Positions 23,592-35,186 are shown, numbered from the stretch's first letter. The stretch is DNA of 64,000 bases from Squalus acanthias (GCA_030390025.1 CM059432.1:119042001-119106000), one strand, 5' to 3'. Program-made: numbers and translations. Notes: generated from the letters alone by a model not told the origin.

Positions 23592-25396
23592 ATGGCGACC
23601 GCGGCAGGACATTGGCAGCGAGAAAATAATGTGTTAGACCCTGGTATGAATGGGCGAAATGTCATGGAAGAGAGAATAGCAAATTATGTGTTTGGAAAGG
23701 TGAATTTGACCAAGAAATGGATAAGTGACCTGCTGGTGGATAAGCGTCCACTAGAGGCAGCCGAGAGGTGGACAGATAGCAAGGAACATAAAAAAACAGT
23801 AGAGAAAGTGGTCTGGCTGATGTGCTATAAAAGACAAGTCCAAATTTCGGACCAGGTCATCTTAGCGCAGGCAGCTCAGATCAAGAGTTTAGAGGTGGAA
23901 ATGGACGAGAAGGTCGCGGGGGGGCAGCAGCTCATCGCGACTTTAAATGCGTTGCATCAAGAACGCCAGTTAGTCGCCAACCACCATGAGGCAAAAATAG
24001 ATTACCTCGAGTGCCAGGTCACTGAGGCAAAGTTAAATGAGGGTAGATTAAAGGAACGATGTGCCCGCCTAGCTGCCCAAATAAAAGTCCAGGAAGAGAG
24101 CTTAACGGGGGTTAGGGCGGCATATAAGATGGCCCACGAGGATAAATTTCAGGGGGCCGATCACAGCGTCTGCCAAAAGGAGATAGGGAACCTTAAAAAG
24201 GCCTTGAACAAAGCGCACGGCATGGTGTGCCTTATCAGCCCGTCAGCACACCAGCCGCTAGTGGATGAGGGATTTCAGAAATCCCCACCGAACAAAGCAG
24301 AGGAGGTATTAGCCACTGTGCCCTCCACGCCACCCAGCTATTTGGCAACCTGGGTGAGGGAGGAAGTGGTAGAAGAAGAGAAAGAGCCCACTGAGGTAGA
24401 AGTGAAGCCGGGACCGTTGTGTCCGGTCACGGGTATCAAAAGGGGCCCGACGGGAGCAGGTGGGGAAGAGGGGGATCTCCTCAACCAGCTTGTGTTGCCT
24501 CACAGCTCACACCAGCTGAGGGTTATGATCAGTCACGTACGGAAGCTGGCCGAGTCAGAGGACCCTTCCGTACATTTCAGGGAAGTAGAGCAAACCGCAG
24601 CCATTAACGGCTGCGACGATGGGGAAAAAGCAAAAATGCTGTTATTCTCATTAGACAGCTCGATCCTTCAGTGTCTCTCAGACGAGAGCAAGAGGGGAAC
24701 TAATACCTATGGGGAGCTAAGAGATGAGGTCCTAGAAGTGTTGGGAATGGACGATGAAGGTCCGTTCGTTAGATTGGGACGAACAGTGCAGATGGAGGGA
24801 GAACCCCCGAAGGTTTTCGCCAACAGGCTGTGGCCAGTATACCAGCGTAGCTGCCCAGGCGCGCCAGCGCGTCACCACATAGGCGGTGCCAGTCTAACTC
24901 ATTGGCTCAAGTGTATAGTAGCCAACAGTTTGCCAGCCGTCAGGGAGCAGGCAAAAGCGTGGTTTGATCCCACTAACCCCGCTACTACAGAGGAGTCGGT
25001 CCTAAATCGACTCACGGTAGGGTACCGTAATACCAGGAGTACGGGAGCACGTCCCCTTAAGGGAAAGGTGCATGAGGCACGACCTGCAGCCCCGGCTCAA
25101 AAGGAGTGGCATCAGGAGGGTAACCGCGCCCCGCAGGCCAGTAATGCTTGTTACGGGTGTGGGAAGACAGGGCATTGGCGCAAGAACTGCAGGAACCCTT
25201 GGAAGGATTCCAGGGATAAAATCCCGCAGTCCGAGCCCAGGCGCCTGTCTCTGATAGGGGAGCTAGTGCACCCATCCATCCCGACGCGATCGAATCAGTG
25301 TTGGGAGCCATGCGCACCCTCATGAGTTCGCATGGAAGGGTGGCGGTTGCTACCGGCCCCGCAGATGCCGCAGCCCCGTCCAATAGTACCCAATGA
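23592..25396 (+). pseudogene. gag: gag (coiled-coil N-terminus, capsid-like region, one CCHC zinc knuckle) with a probable 1-nt deletion near 25218-25221
   Basis: ORF 23592..25325 with CYGCGKTGHWRKNC; adding one A to the run at 25218-25221 extends the frame to TGA at 25394-25396, in frame with the protease. Confidence 0.8.
23593..23610 (+). other. Primer-binding site complementary to tRNA-Arg (UCG-type) 3' end
   Basis: tggcgaccgcggcaggac is the reverse complement of GTCCTGCCGCGGTCG-CCA, the vertebrate tRNA-Arg(TCG) 3' end as recalled; starts 5 nt after the LTR end. Confidence 0.85.
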
Positions 25397-28300
25397 CTAG
25401 AGCCCGCACAGCCCGTCTACCTGTGTCCGCTCAGCTATGATGCGTGGAAGCGACCCCTGGTGGAGATGGAGGTAGAGAAACAGAAGGGTAGTTATTTGTT
25501 GGACACGGGAGCTTCTTGCACCGTGATTCATACGGATAGCCCTTTTGATTCACCGCTATCTACCAAGGTCCCATTCACATTTACGGGGTTCACGGGAAAA
25601 GAGCAGGCTGGCGCGTTCTCCCTTCCACTATCCATTCATTTAGGAGCACTCCACACCACGTGGAAGTGCATACTGATGAAATGGCAAGAGGGGGGTGGGA
25701 GAGGCATCCTCGGGTCCGATCTCCTATCGGGGCACGGGATCCTCATGGACCTCAGGAATCACTGTCTCTGGGGGGCTAAGGGTAAAGAAGGCGAGGTAGT
25801 GGTAATCCCGGGGGAGGAAGGAACAGGGGCCCTGTGTACCATGAAGCCATCCGGAGGCTACGACCTCGGGCTTATGGTCGCGGATGTCCCAACGGACATG
25901 CAAACGTACGTGTCAGATAATATGCACGCGTTTGCAACACACAAGCACGATTGTGGGAGGGTTACCGGGTTTGAGGTCAGCGTAGATGGGGACCCCATGA
26001 CCCGGCCCCAAAAGCAGTATAACTTCCCCAAAGAAGCAGAACCCGACATGGAGACAGCAATGTCCTCCTTGGTGCAGTAGGGCGTGTTGAGGCCGATAGC
26101 CACACACGTGAACTCCCCATTATGGCCGGTTAGGAAGCCGGATAATTCGTGGAGGGCCACGGTGGACTACAGAGTCCTTAACAGTAACATTCCCGCCTGC
26201 GCGCCCACGGTAGCAGCAGTCGCTGACCTAATAGGGAGTATCCCAGCGTCCGCGACCACGTTCACGGTGCTGGATATCTCGAACGGTTTTTGGTCCATCC
26301 CGCTGCGGCGAGAGGACCAGTACAAGTTTGCCTTTACTTTCAAAGGACAACAGTACACATGGAACTGTCTGCCACAGGGTTTCCACAACAGCCCCAGTAT
26401 TTTCCATCAGTGTATGGCAGGAAGTTTAAAGGAGTTTAGTCAGCCCAATCAGATAGTGCAGTACGTGGATGATTTGCTCCTATTTACGGATTCAAGGGAG
26501 GAGCATGGACCACTGCTGGCCGAGTTATTGGAGCTGCTAGCGAGAAAGGGTTTCAAAGTGAACCCTAAGAAAACACGTATCGGTCAGCAGGAAGTAAAAT
26601 TCCTGGGGCTGACCATTCGCGCTGGGGAAAGAGCCATAGATAAGGCTAGGAGGGAGTCAGTGCAAGAGTTACCGATTCCCAACACCATAAGGGGTGTGAG
26701 GTCCTTTTTGGGACTGACCGGTTACTGCAGGGATTTTATCGAAGACTATGCGGCCACAGCGGCGCCGCTGCTCCGACTCCTCCATAAGGGAGTGGAGTGG
26801 TCTTGGGACGAGGGATGCCAGGCAGCCTTCGAGAAGTTAAAAAGGGATTTGCAGACCGCGCCAGCTTTAGGGGCCATAGATGGGGGGAAGGAGTTTTTCC
26901 TGGAGGTAGCTGCCAGCGGGGACAGCTTGAGCGCTGTGCTGCTCCAAGAGCGTCACGGCAAGCTGAGGCCGGTTGTCTATTCGTCCAGGGTGTTAACGGA
27001 TGTGGAGAGAAGTTTCTCCAATTGCGAAAGGCACCTTTTAGCCACGCATTGGGCTGTGAAAAGATCAGCGATCTTCACAGGGCTCTCTCCCATCACTCTC
27101 CTCACCCATCACACACCAACTAAGATGCTTCTAGATGGGAGGATTAAAGATGGGACCGTAAGCAGCGTGCGTATTGCGCGCTGGACCCTTCTTCTTTCCC
27201 AGATGGATCTTAGAATTAAAGGTCTTTGCGAGCCCAGGCTTGCGGCCAATTTGGTATACCCTGGTACAGCCCACCAGTGTTCGGTGGAAGGGGTGTGGGA
27301 AGTCAACATCCCACTGGGCGCGAGATTTATGTTGATGGTTCCAGCACAGTGTCCGCTGGTGAACGACTCACAGGGTGTGGAGTTTATGACCCTGCGGCAA
27401 ACCTTGCCCTGGCGATTAAGCTCCCCAGCACCATGAGCGCGCAGCAGGCTGAGCTGTCTGCAGTGGTGTACGTCGTTACCCACCCAGAAACTTTCCCAAC
27501 CCCATACACGATTTGCTCGGACAGTATGTTCACATGCAATTCGTGTACGGAATACCTGGCCATTTGGTCCCGCCGTGGATACACCTCCGCGGACGGACGA
27601 CCTTTAATGGTGAAGCCCTTGCTGGAAAAGATCCCAGCAGCAGTAGGGGAGGAAGGGGAGATTTTCATCCATAAGGTGAAGGCTCACTCCTCCACAGAGC
27701 CCCGTGGGGAGGGCAACCAACAGGCGGATGCGCTAGCCAGGGAGCGTGCCCGTAATGGCATTTTCTGGGACCCCTATGGGCCCAGACCCGTGGCAGCGAT
27801 CCAAGGCAGGGACGGGAATCCCGGGAACACCAGGGTAGCATTGCCCCTAGACCTTAAGACCGTCCAGAACCAGGATCCCGCCCTAAAAGCAGTCCTCAGA
27901 ACCCTTGCTGAGGGGAAGCAGGTAGAGGGTCCGTACAGTACGGCAACCTTCTCCGTTAAAGAAGGCATGCTGTTCCGCGAGGAGCAGTGGGTTGTGCCGC
28001 AGCAGCACAGGAGGGAATTCATCCAGTTGGCTCATGAGGGACCGGGGGCAGGGCACCCCGGGCCCGAGGTTACCTGGCAACGGGTAGAGCAAGCGGGATG
28101 GTGGCCGGGGCTCAGGGAGCAGGTCCGAGAGTTCTGTGCAAGCTGTCTCGTGTGCGCTGCAAACAACCCAGACCTCCAGAAAAGGAAAGTGCCCATGGGG
28201 CACATCAGGAGGGTAGAGGGACCATGGCAGTCGATACAGATCGACTATATAGGGCCCCTGCCCACCACCCAGGGAGGCTATAAATACTGCCTCGTCTTGG

Positions 28301-29865
28301 TGGATGTGTTTTCCAAATGGGTGGAAGCCTTCCCCTGTAGAACAGCTACGGCACTGGGTACTGCAAAAATCTTGGTCCGGGAAGTGTTCTCGCGGTGGGG
28401 ACTTCCCCGTTTTGTGGAGTCAGACCAAGGGAGTCATTTCACCGGCCAGGTGATGCAGAACACCCTCATGCTTTTGGGCATTGAAGTGAAATGGCACGTA
28501 GCACACAATCCCCAGTCATCCGGGATTGTTGAACGCATGAACCGGACCCTGAAGGAGAAATTGAGGAAAGAGACTATGAACTCGCCCCAAAAATGGGCGG
28601 AGGTTCTGCCTTTAGTCCTCATGGGGGTCCGGGCCAGTCAGTCGAAAAGTACGGGGTATTCCCCGCACGAGGTGATGACTGGGAGGATCATGCGAACCCC
28701 CACCCATGTGCTAGCGCCGGTGCTCACTGAGGGTCAGCTCCAAGAGATAAGCAGGGACAAGTTCGTCCAGACCTTCTTGGAGCGCCTGAAGCAGGTTTAT
28801 GAGCAGGCGGCTGGGAACATGGGAAGGCAGCATCAGGGCAATCGCCTGTTGCTGGAACCCCGCAAAAAGCGGGAGTGGGAAGTAGGAGACCAGGTCATGG
28901 TCAGAAACTACGCCAGAGTAGGGAGTCTGGAACCACTGTATATGGGACCCTACAGCATTGTAGATAAGGCGAGTCCCATGGTATACGCCGTAAAGGTACC
29001 TCGGTGCACCAAGTGGTTCCACGTAAATCAGTGCAAACTGTATAAGCCGGGCGCACAAGGGCCAACCACAGGGGCCAAACCTGCGAGTGGGGACTCGCAG
29101 CCCCAGGTAGGGCCACAGGGCACACAGGCAGGCAAAGCAGCTTGCATCAGGGGAGAGGACATCCTAGAAAAAGATGAGATATTTTATTGGGGTTGGGAGA
29201 CAGATGAGGAAGAGCTCGAGGAGCTCGACGAAGATAGTGACACAAGCGAGGAGGAGCTGGAATCGGAGGACGAAAGGGTCGCCCCCGATTCAAGTATAGG
29301 GGGGACAGGGGCTGCAGATAGAGATCCACAAAGGGTGGAGGCCGAAGCTGCAGGTCCCGAACGCAGGGGGGCGGAGCTAGGGGAGGCGGAGCCAGCCACT
29401 GTAGTGGGACCACAGGGCGTGGCGATGGAAGCCTCAGAGCCCGAGCCGCCCGCCTTGAACGTCTTGCCCTCGAGGGAGGTAGGGACTGCGAGTGAAGGGC
29501 CGCCTACTGGGCCAAGTAGGGCGGTGCCACAAGCTGCAGATCCCGAGTTCAGGGAGGCGGAGTCAGGGGAGGCGGAGCCAGCGACTGTGGTGGGACCACA
29601 GGTCGCCACGGTGGAAGTCTCGGAACCCGGTCCGTCGGTCCTGGAGTTCCTGCCCCCGGTAGCTCTCCGTAGGTCAAGTCGGATACCCCAGCCCAGGAAG
29701 ATGTGGTCAAGTCCCCAGAGTGTCCCAAGGCGTAGGCTCAAGGCTAAGGCAGCCCAGGGAGAGTCCAGTCGCAGCGCAGCAGCAGCAGGCTGCGGCAGAT
29801 CAAAGGGAGGGGTCAATGCCCTCCCACCGTTGGGAGAAGCCTGCGGCAGCGACCGCATAATTTGA
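25397..29865 (+). pseudogene. pol: pro-pol: protease, RT, tether, RNase H, integrase; premature TAG at 26078-26080 and a frameshift near 27300
   Basis: LLDTGAS and GILGSD; NSPLWPVRK, LDISNGFW, LPQGF, YVDD; IYVDGSS, AQQAEL, SDS, KVKAH, GNQQAD; HHCC, QIDYIGP, SDQGSHF, GIVERMNRTLK, MGPY. Confidence 0.9.
29345..29656 (+). repeat. Diverged duplication (~125 bp, period ~186 bp) in the integrase C-terminal extension
   Basis: GEAEPATVVGPQ..EASEP and GEAEPATVVGPQ..EVSEP. Confidence 0.85.
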
Positions 29866-30166
29866 GTAGGCCGCCCTGGGAACGGGCGGCGCTGTACAGT
29901 GATAAGTTTAAGTATAAGTTTATAGTTTTAGATCAGGTTATAAGGTTATAGTTTTAAATCGGTTTAAGTCGGTAGTTTAATTTCGTTTAACAGAAAGAGG
30001 TAAAATGATGGGAGTTTTTTTAGAGATAGGAATAGTTAAAGTCTATCAAGCGCACATGTCTTCTTACGTGAGGCGAGGTCAGGGGACCCGCTCACCCTTC
30101 ACAAAAGCCAGAGACTCTTGCGAGGCTGGCTACCTCATTCTATCTGATCACAGGAACCAAGGAAGG

Positions 30167-32518
30167 ATGGAACGAATTCTAGTATTGCTCGCGGCAATCG
30201 GATGTGGATTGGCCTATCGAGGCCACACCAAGGATGTCGTGGTGTTTGGATGCTCCGGGGACACGGCCCCCATCGCGGTGGATGGGACCGGAAGACGAGA
30301 GGCTGAGGAGACCACCACCTATTTCCACAAGGGAAGGTGGCCAGGATGGCTGGGAACGAATTCAACTGAGTATTCCAGTACATCGGGTTTTGCCTACCAA
30401 GAGACTTCTTTAATGTGCCCCAAAGTAAGGATCATCGCACCCAGAGTCAGCGTCACCGTCGGCAAACGGATTTGTTTGACTTGTAATGGGAATGTCCCAT
30501 TGAGCCGATGGTGGTGGCTACGAAAGCTGAGCAAAAACATGAGGACCTCTTCGGTCGAGTGGGAGCGACTGGGTAATAATACCCATCGGACAATTACGGG
30601 GACAAGTGGACAAGTGAGAGTCTGTTGGGACAAATGGTGGGAACCGGATGAGGGAATTTATGTATGTATGTGGGGGTCAAAGTACGTTTGCCCCAAAGGC
30701 ATCTCCATATTTTTCATCAATCAATGGCAGGATAACGGACAGGGGATGAGGTGGGATGCGAGCACCAGGGGGTGCGGAGCCCCATACTCCCCGATCCCGG
30801 TAAATGCCACTGAACTCATTACGCGCCCACGCAAAGCCCCGCCCACGATTCCGGTGGTTCTAGCTAAGGAAGAAGGGTGCCCTAAAACCAGTAAGGGACC
30901 CGGGAATGGTTTGGTACTGGTCCCCACAGACCAGATACTATTTCAGGGGGTACATTACGCAGTGGCCTCGGTGATTTTAAATCTCACCGAGGTGCGGTTA
31001 CCAGAGTGGTGCCCCAAAAAGACGGAACAGTTATATCAGGTCCTGTTGACCAAGATGTTCAGACAATTTTATGAGTTCGATTTCGCGGAAATTGATAAAA
31101 CAAGTTTGTACACCGCACCACATGAGGTTTTGGATCAGGTGGGGAGGCAAAGAAGGGGTGTTGTGAACGACGTGTTCACTGCTTTCAACACAGGTACATC
31201 TGTGGTCAACGCTCTAGACAGCGTGGAGCTGCAGACCCAGATTAATGGCTTAAAAACGCAATTAAAAAGCATTCTCACAGATGAAAATAAGGTGGTTGGG
31301 TCTGGGTTACACGAGGACCAGGCCATGACTCTTCATTTAAAAGAAATAATAGCCGAACTAGAGAAACATGCGCGTACGGTAAATGCCCTGATTAGGGAAG
31401 ATCGGAATGCGTCCGATCAGGCTGCGCAGAATGAGGTGTGCGTGCTTTACGGGGCGTGGTTACTGGGCGAGGGCCGCAGTAATTTGGAGGATTTAAAACA
31501 AGGTTTGGTCCCGTCCTGGATAAGTAACAAACACCTGCAGGCGCTCCACCCTTTTCAGAACGCATTAAACCCGTGCCAGCTCAGACTAGCTTCAGAAGCA
31601 TACCCAGTCCCCGTGGACTGCGGACGATCAAACCATACTATCATGGGTATAGTATTACGTATGCCGGTTTTGGTCGACACAACAAAGCCCGCCCCGGTGT
31701 ATCGGGTAGAGAACATTGGTGTCATTCCGGGGGGAGCCCACATTGGCTATGCAGCGGTTCCACCTTATGTCATCCGCTGGGAGCAAATGATGACAGGTAC
31801 AGATCTCTCTGGTTGTCGTGGCCGGGGAGCACACATAATACTGTGTCCCCAGCACTTGAATGCCTTTTTAACACCACAGTGCGGGTTCAGAACGGCTGGT
31901 GCCAAGCCCATGAATTGCACCATGGAGGCAATGGCACAAGATCATGTGCCTCCGCAGGTAGCATACATCGGGGGTGGAACATATTGTGTTACCACTGCAG
32001 CGCAACACTACCAACATGGAAACCGTAGCCGGTGTCCGGTGAGTGACAGCAGTTTCTGTTTCAAACCCAGGGCGGAAGTTCAAGTAGCACAACAGCGAAT
32101 TGTCCCAATCCCTGAACCATCCACGGTTCATCTTACCGTAAAAGAGAACTTCACCGACCTGCAGCGATTCGTCGCGCATTTAGGATACCTCATTCCCCCT
32201 CTCCCTGAACACCTCACCAAGCTCTTGAAAGCCGTCGCGGTATCGCAAAAACATTTTTACACCCTAGAACAAAAGACTGTCGAGATAGGGACAGAAATTC
32301 TGGACATAGTAATTCCACCGTGGTGGAATCTGTTCACCAACATTGAAGTGCCTTCCTGGATTAGAATAGCCTCCCACATTTTAGTTGTATGCCAAGTGTT
32401 TATTGTGATATACTTATTGGTCGTGCATTGTAAGAGAGGCAAACGCCTCACCAAGAATGAAAACACGGGAGAGTGGCGAGAACGTTACGTGCGCGTGCAC
32501 GATGAAAGCACCGTGTAA
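30167..32518 (+). CDS. env: Envelope glycoprotein, intact (783 aa from the signal-peptide ATG; ORF open from 30005)
   Basis: Signal peptide MERILVLLAAIGCGLA, preceded by a splice acceptor ctgatcacag (30153); N-glycosylation sequons; furin site RQRR (31145-31156); fusion peptide GVVNDVFTAFNTGTSVV; heptad repeat; Cys-rich region; TM IASHILVVCQVFIVIYLLVV; short tail. Confidence 0.85.
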   Translation: MERILVLLAAIGCGLAYRGHTKDVVVFGCSGDTAPIAVDGTGRREAEETTTYFHKGRWPGWLGTNSTEYSSTSGFAYQETSLMCPKVRIIAPRVSVTVGKRICLTCNGNVPLSRWWWLRKLSKNMRTSSVEWERLGNNTHRTITGTSGQVRVCWDKWWEPDEGIYVCMWGSKYVCPKGISIFFINQWQDNGQGMRWDASTRGCGAPYSPIPVNATELITRPRKAPPTIPVVLAKEEGCPKTSKGPGNGLVLVPTDQILFQGVHYAVASVILNLTEVRLPEWCPKKTEQLYQVLLTKMFRQFYEFDFAEIDKTSLYTAPHEVLDQVGRQRRGVVNDVFTAFNTGTSVVNALDSVELQTQINGLKTQLKSILTDENKVVGSGLHEDQAMTLHLKEIIAELEKHARTVNALIREDRNASDQAAQNEVCVLYGAWLLGEGRSNLEDLKQGLVPSWISNKHLQALHPFQNALNPCQLRLASEAYPVPVDCGRSNHTIMGIVLRMPVLVDTTKPAPVYRVENIGVIPGGAHIGYAAVPPYVIRWEQMMTGTDLSGCRGRGAHIILCPQHLNAFLTPQCGFRTAGAKPMNCTMEAMAQDHVPPQVAYIGGGTYCVTTAAQHYQHGNRSRCPVSDSSFCFKPRAEVQVAQQRIVPIPEPSTVHLTVKENFTDLQRFVAHLGYLIPPLPEHLTKLLKAVAVSQKHFYTLEQKTVEIGTEILDIVIPPWWNLFTNIEVPSWIRIASHILVVCQVFIVIYLLVVHCKRGKRLTKNENTGEWRERYVRVHDESTV

Positions 32519-32953
32519 ACAGACAAAATGGCGTCACTCCCGTTTTCCACGTGCGCCTCGGAAGTGTTGTAATCGATCGTGATTTTTCTCAGAAACTGTA
32601 ATTAAGTTTGGAACTCTACACGTTTAAGAGTTGGTTTTGATTATTTTTGGTTTGGTGTTGTTGAATATGATTGTTTGGTTTTGTTTTGGTTTCTTTTTCC
32701 TTGAATAAAAAATATGCATATGCAGGTGGTGCGAGAGGCATCGGCCTGGTTACACCTGGAAGGAAAATACAAATGGTGTAAGTTAAAGGCAAATGCTGCC
32801 TGCGGTGTTATAAGAATGTAGTTTTTCCTGGGAAATAAGGACGACACAGAGACCCTAGATAGTTTTAAGTTATGGGAATTTCTGGATCTGGAGAATCGAG
32901 ATAATATTGCTCACCACAATATTTTTGATACGATAAGCGGAGTTATTCGCATC

Positions 32954-32965
32954 AACAGGAGGGAC
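32954..32965 (+). other. Polypurine tract
   Basis: aacaggagggac immediately before the TG of the 3' LTR. Confidence 0.7.
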
Positions 32966-33731
32966 TGTAGAATTCGCAAAATTATCGCGATTTTATAAAA
33001 TAAGAAGGAGACATATAGTTTCGTACAAACAGCTTTATTTCAGCAGAATGCTGTCAGGTTTTCAAAGTGGACACAAGCAGCCTGTAAAATGGCCGCCACG
33101 CCTCGTGGCAGAACGTTCTAGACTTTTCAATGAGCAGACAAGATGGCGTTCCAATAAACATTTGTGCGAGATCGGACAAGACTCAGCACATTTGAGATAA
33201 TTCACAAGACATAATGGGGTAAAAATTCACTTGGTTGCGCCTCCCGTTAGTGCCTTAAGAGGGCGCTAATGGGGCGTTAAGCCGCTAACGCCCGGGCGCA
33301 GCGCTGTTTGCGCCGCTCGAGAACTTAACTTGAGATTGTGCGGCGGCGCTAAAACTTACCGCTGTGACCACCTGCGCGCGCAGATTGTGACGTCATTCCA
33401 TGGTCCAACGCCCTTGGGGCGCCCCGGAGCGGAAATTGAGTGGCGCCCCCTGCCTTACCGCCTGGCGCTTCCAACGACCGGAAGACTGGAACGTTATCAA
33501 TCGGTGTGGGGCTGGGGGGGGGGGGCGCTATTTAAAGGGGGCCTCTTCCTGTCTTTTTCTGTGGTCGACATTTATGCACCACTCGTTCTGAGAGAGAGAG
33601 AGAGATTCGGAGAGAGAGAGAGAGAGACTTCTACATTGACTCAACGCTTTGTGAGGTAGTTTTGCCTAGTTCATCCTAACTTTGTTGCTACTTTAGTTGC
33701 TGTACCTCATTACTTTTCTGGCAAAGAGAAT

Positions 33732-34892
33732 ATGGGGGCTGCAATGATTGGGGGCGTCGTCCTGCTCCAGCTGAATCGGAGGATACTGAGACGCAGACAG
33801 TGAGTGGCAATGATGGCCAGACGGAGGAGGGCCATCAGGCGCATGTACAGGAGAGCTTACCCTCCCAGGGTATATCGTGAACAGCTCTCCTACATCCATA
33901 TGTCCGAGGAGCTGTGTTTGCGAAGGCTGCGATTCAGCAAGGAGGTGGTCACTGAGCTCTGCCACCTGCTGCAGCCAGATCTGCAGCCTCAGCTGAGGTC
34001 CAGGACGTCTCTGTCGGTGGCAGTGAAGGTCACAGTGGCTTTGAACTTCTACGCCACTGGCTCATTCCAAGCTGCTGTTGGGGACCTCGCCAATATCTCC
34101 CAGTTTGCGGTGCATCGCTGCATCCGGCAGGTCACCAAAGCCCTCTTCAGAAGGAGACGAGACTTCATCTCTTTCCCTATGACCCCAGACAAGCAGCGTG
34201 ACCGTGCTCTGGGCTTTGCGAGGGTAGCGGGCTTCCCCATGGTGCAGGGCGCCATTGACTGCACGCATGTGGCTTTGCGTGCTCTGCGAGAGAATGCAGA
34301 GGAATTCAGGAACAGAAAGGGGTTCCATTCCTTGAATGTGCAGTTGGTCTGTGACCACAGACAGGTGATACTCGCTGTCAATGCCCACTATCCGGGCAGC
34401 TGCCACGATGCTTTCATCCTGCGCCAGACTACTGTGGCAGAAGTTTTCGAGGCACCGCATCAGCCAGTTGGTTGGCTTCTGGGGGACAAGGGGTACGCAT
34501 TGAGCACCTGGCTGATGACGCCGCTCCGTACGCCAAACACCCCTGCTGAGCTGCGGTACAATGAAAGCCATCAAGCAACCAGGAACATTATTGAGCGCAC
34601 AATCGGCGTGCTGAAACAACGGTTCCGCTGTCTGGACCATTCCGGAGGAGCCCTGCAGTACTCGCCTGAGCAAGTTTCGAACTTCGTAGTCGTGTGCTGC
34701 ATGTTGCACAACATGGCAATCCTCAGGACCCAGCCAATGCCACCAGGCCTTGTAGCACCACCAGAGGAGGAGGAGGAAGAGGAGGAACAGGACGAGGATG
34801 ATGATCATCAGCAGCACCAAGGCAGGAGGGCGGCCCACAATGGTCAAACTGTAAGGGCCGTCCGTCAACGACTAATAGCAAGCCGCTTCTAG
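33732..34892 (+). CDS. Harbinger (HARBI1-family) DDE transposase; TGA at 33801-33803 after the first ATG, then downstream ATGs and an open frame
   Basis: GAIDCTH, NRKGFHSLNVQLVCD, YPGSCHD, LLGDKGY, IIERTIGVLKQRF, CCMLHN. Confidence 0.9.
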
Positions 34893-35186
34893 GGCCCCTG
34901 CCATTGCTACAAACACTAATCAACCCAGCACGCAACCCCTAAGCCGGCCAAGGCACCAATAATTCCAAGCACCAGCCATGTATATTTTGAAAACAGAAAC
35001 TTATTTATTTTACAAACTCTGTGTGTGTCAATTCCTCATGACAAACTCATAGAAATAAACACAAAAAAACAGTCAATAACATAACTGGTTCTCACAACCT
35101 GGAGATAATGTCCAAAACACTAAACAAAAGTTGGACCATGAACCTCGGCCTTTAATAAAAAAATGACCAGCATTTTGGCACACCTC

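Noticed and set aside
25058..25068. G GGA AAG as a -1 frameshift site for Gag-Pol
   Set aside because: It lies upstream of the zinc knuckle, and the -1 frame is closed by a TAA near 25217.
30005..30166. Env start at ATG 30005 as given by the ORF track
   Set aside because: The hydrophobic signal peptide and a splice acceptor point to ATG 30167; an extended leader cannot be fully excluded.
33804..34892. Domesticated host HARBI1 gene
   Set aside because: It lies within TIRs and a TSD with a partner Myb gene, so it is a transposon copy.
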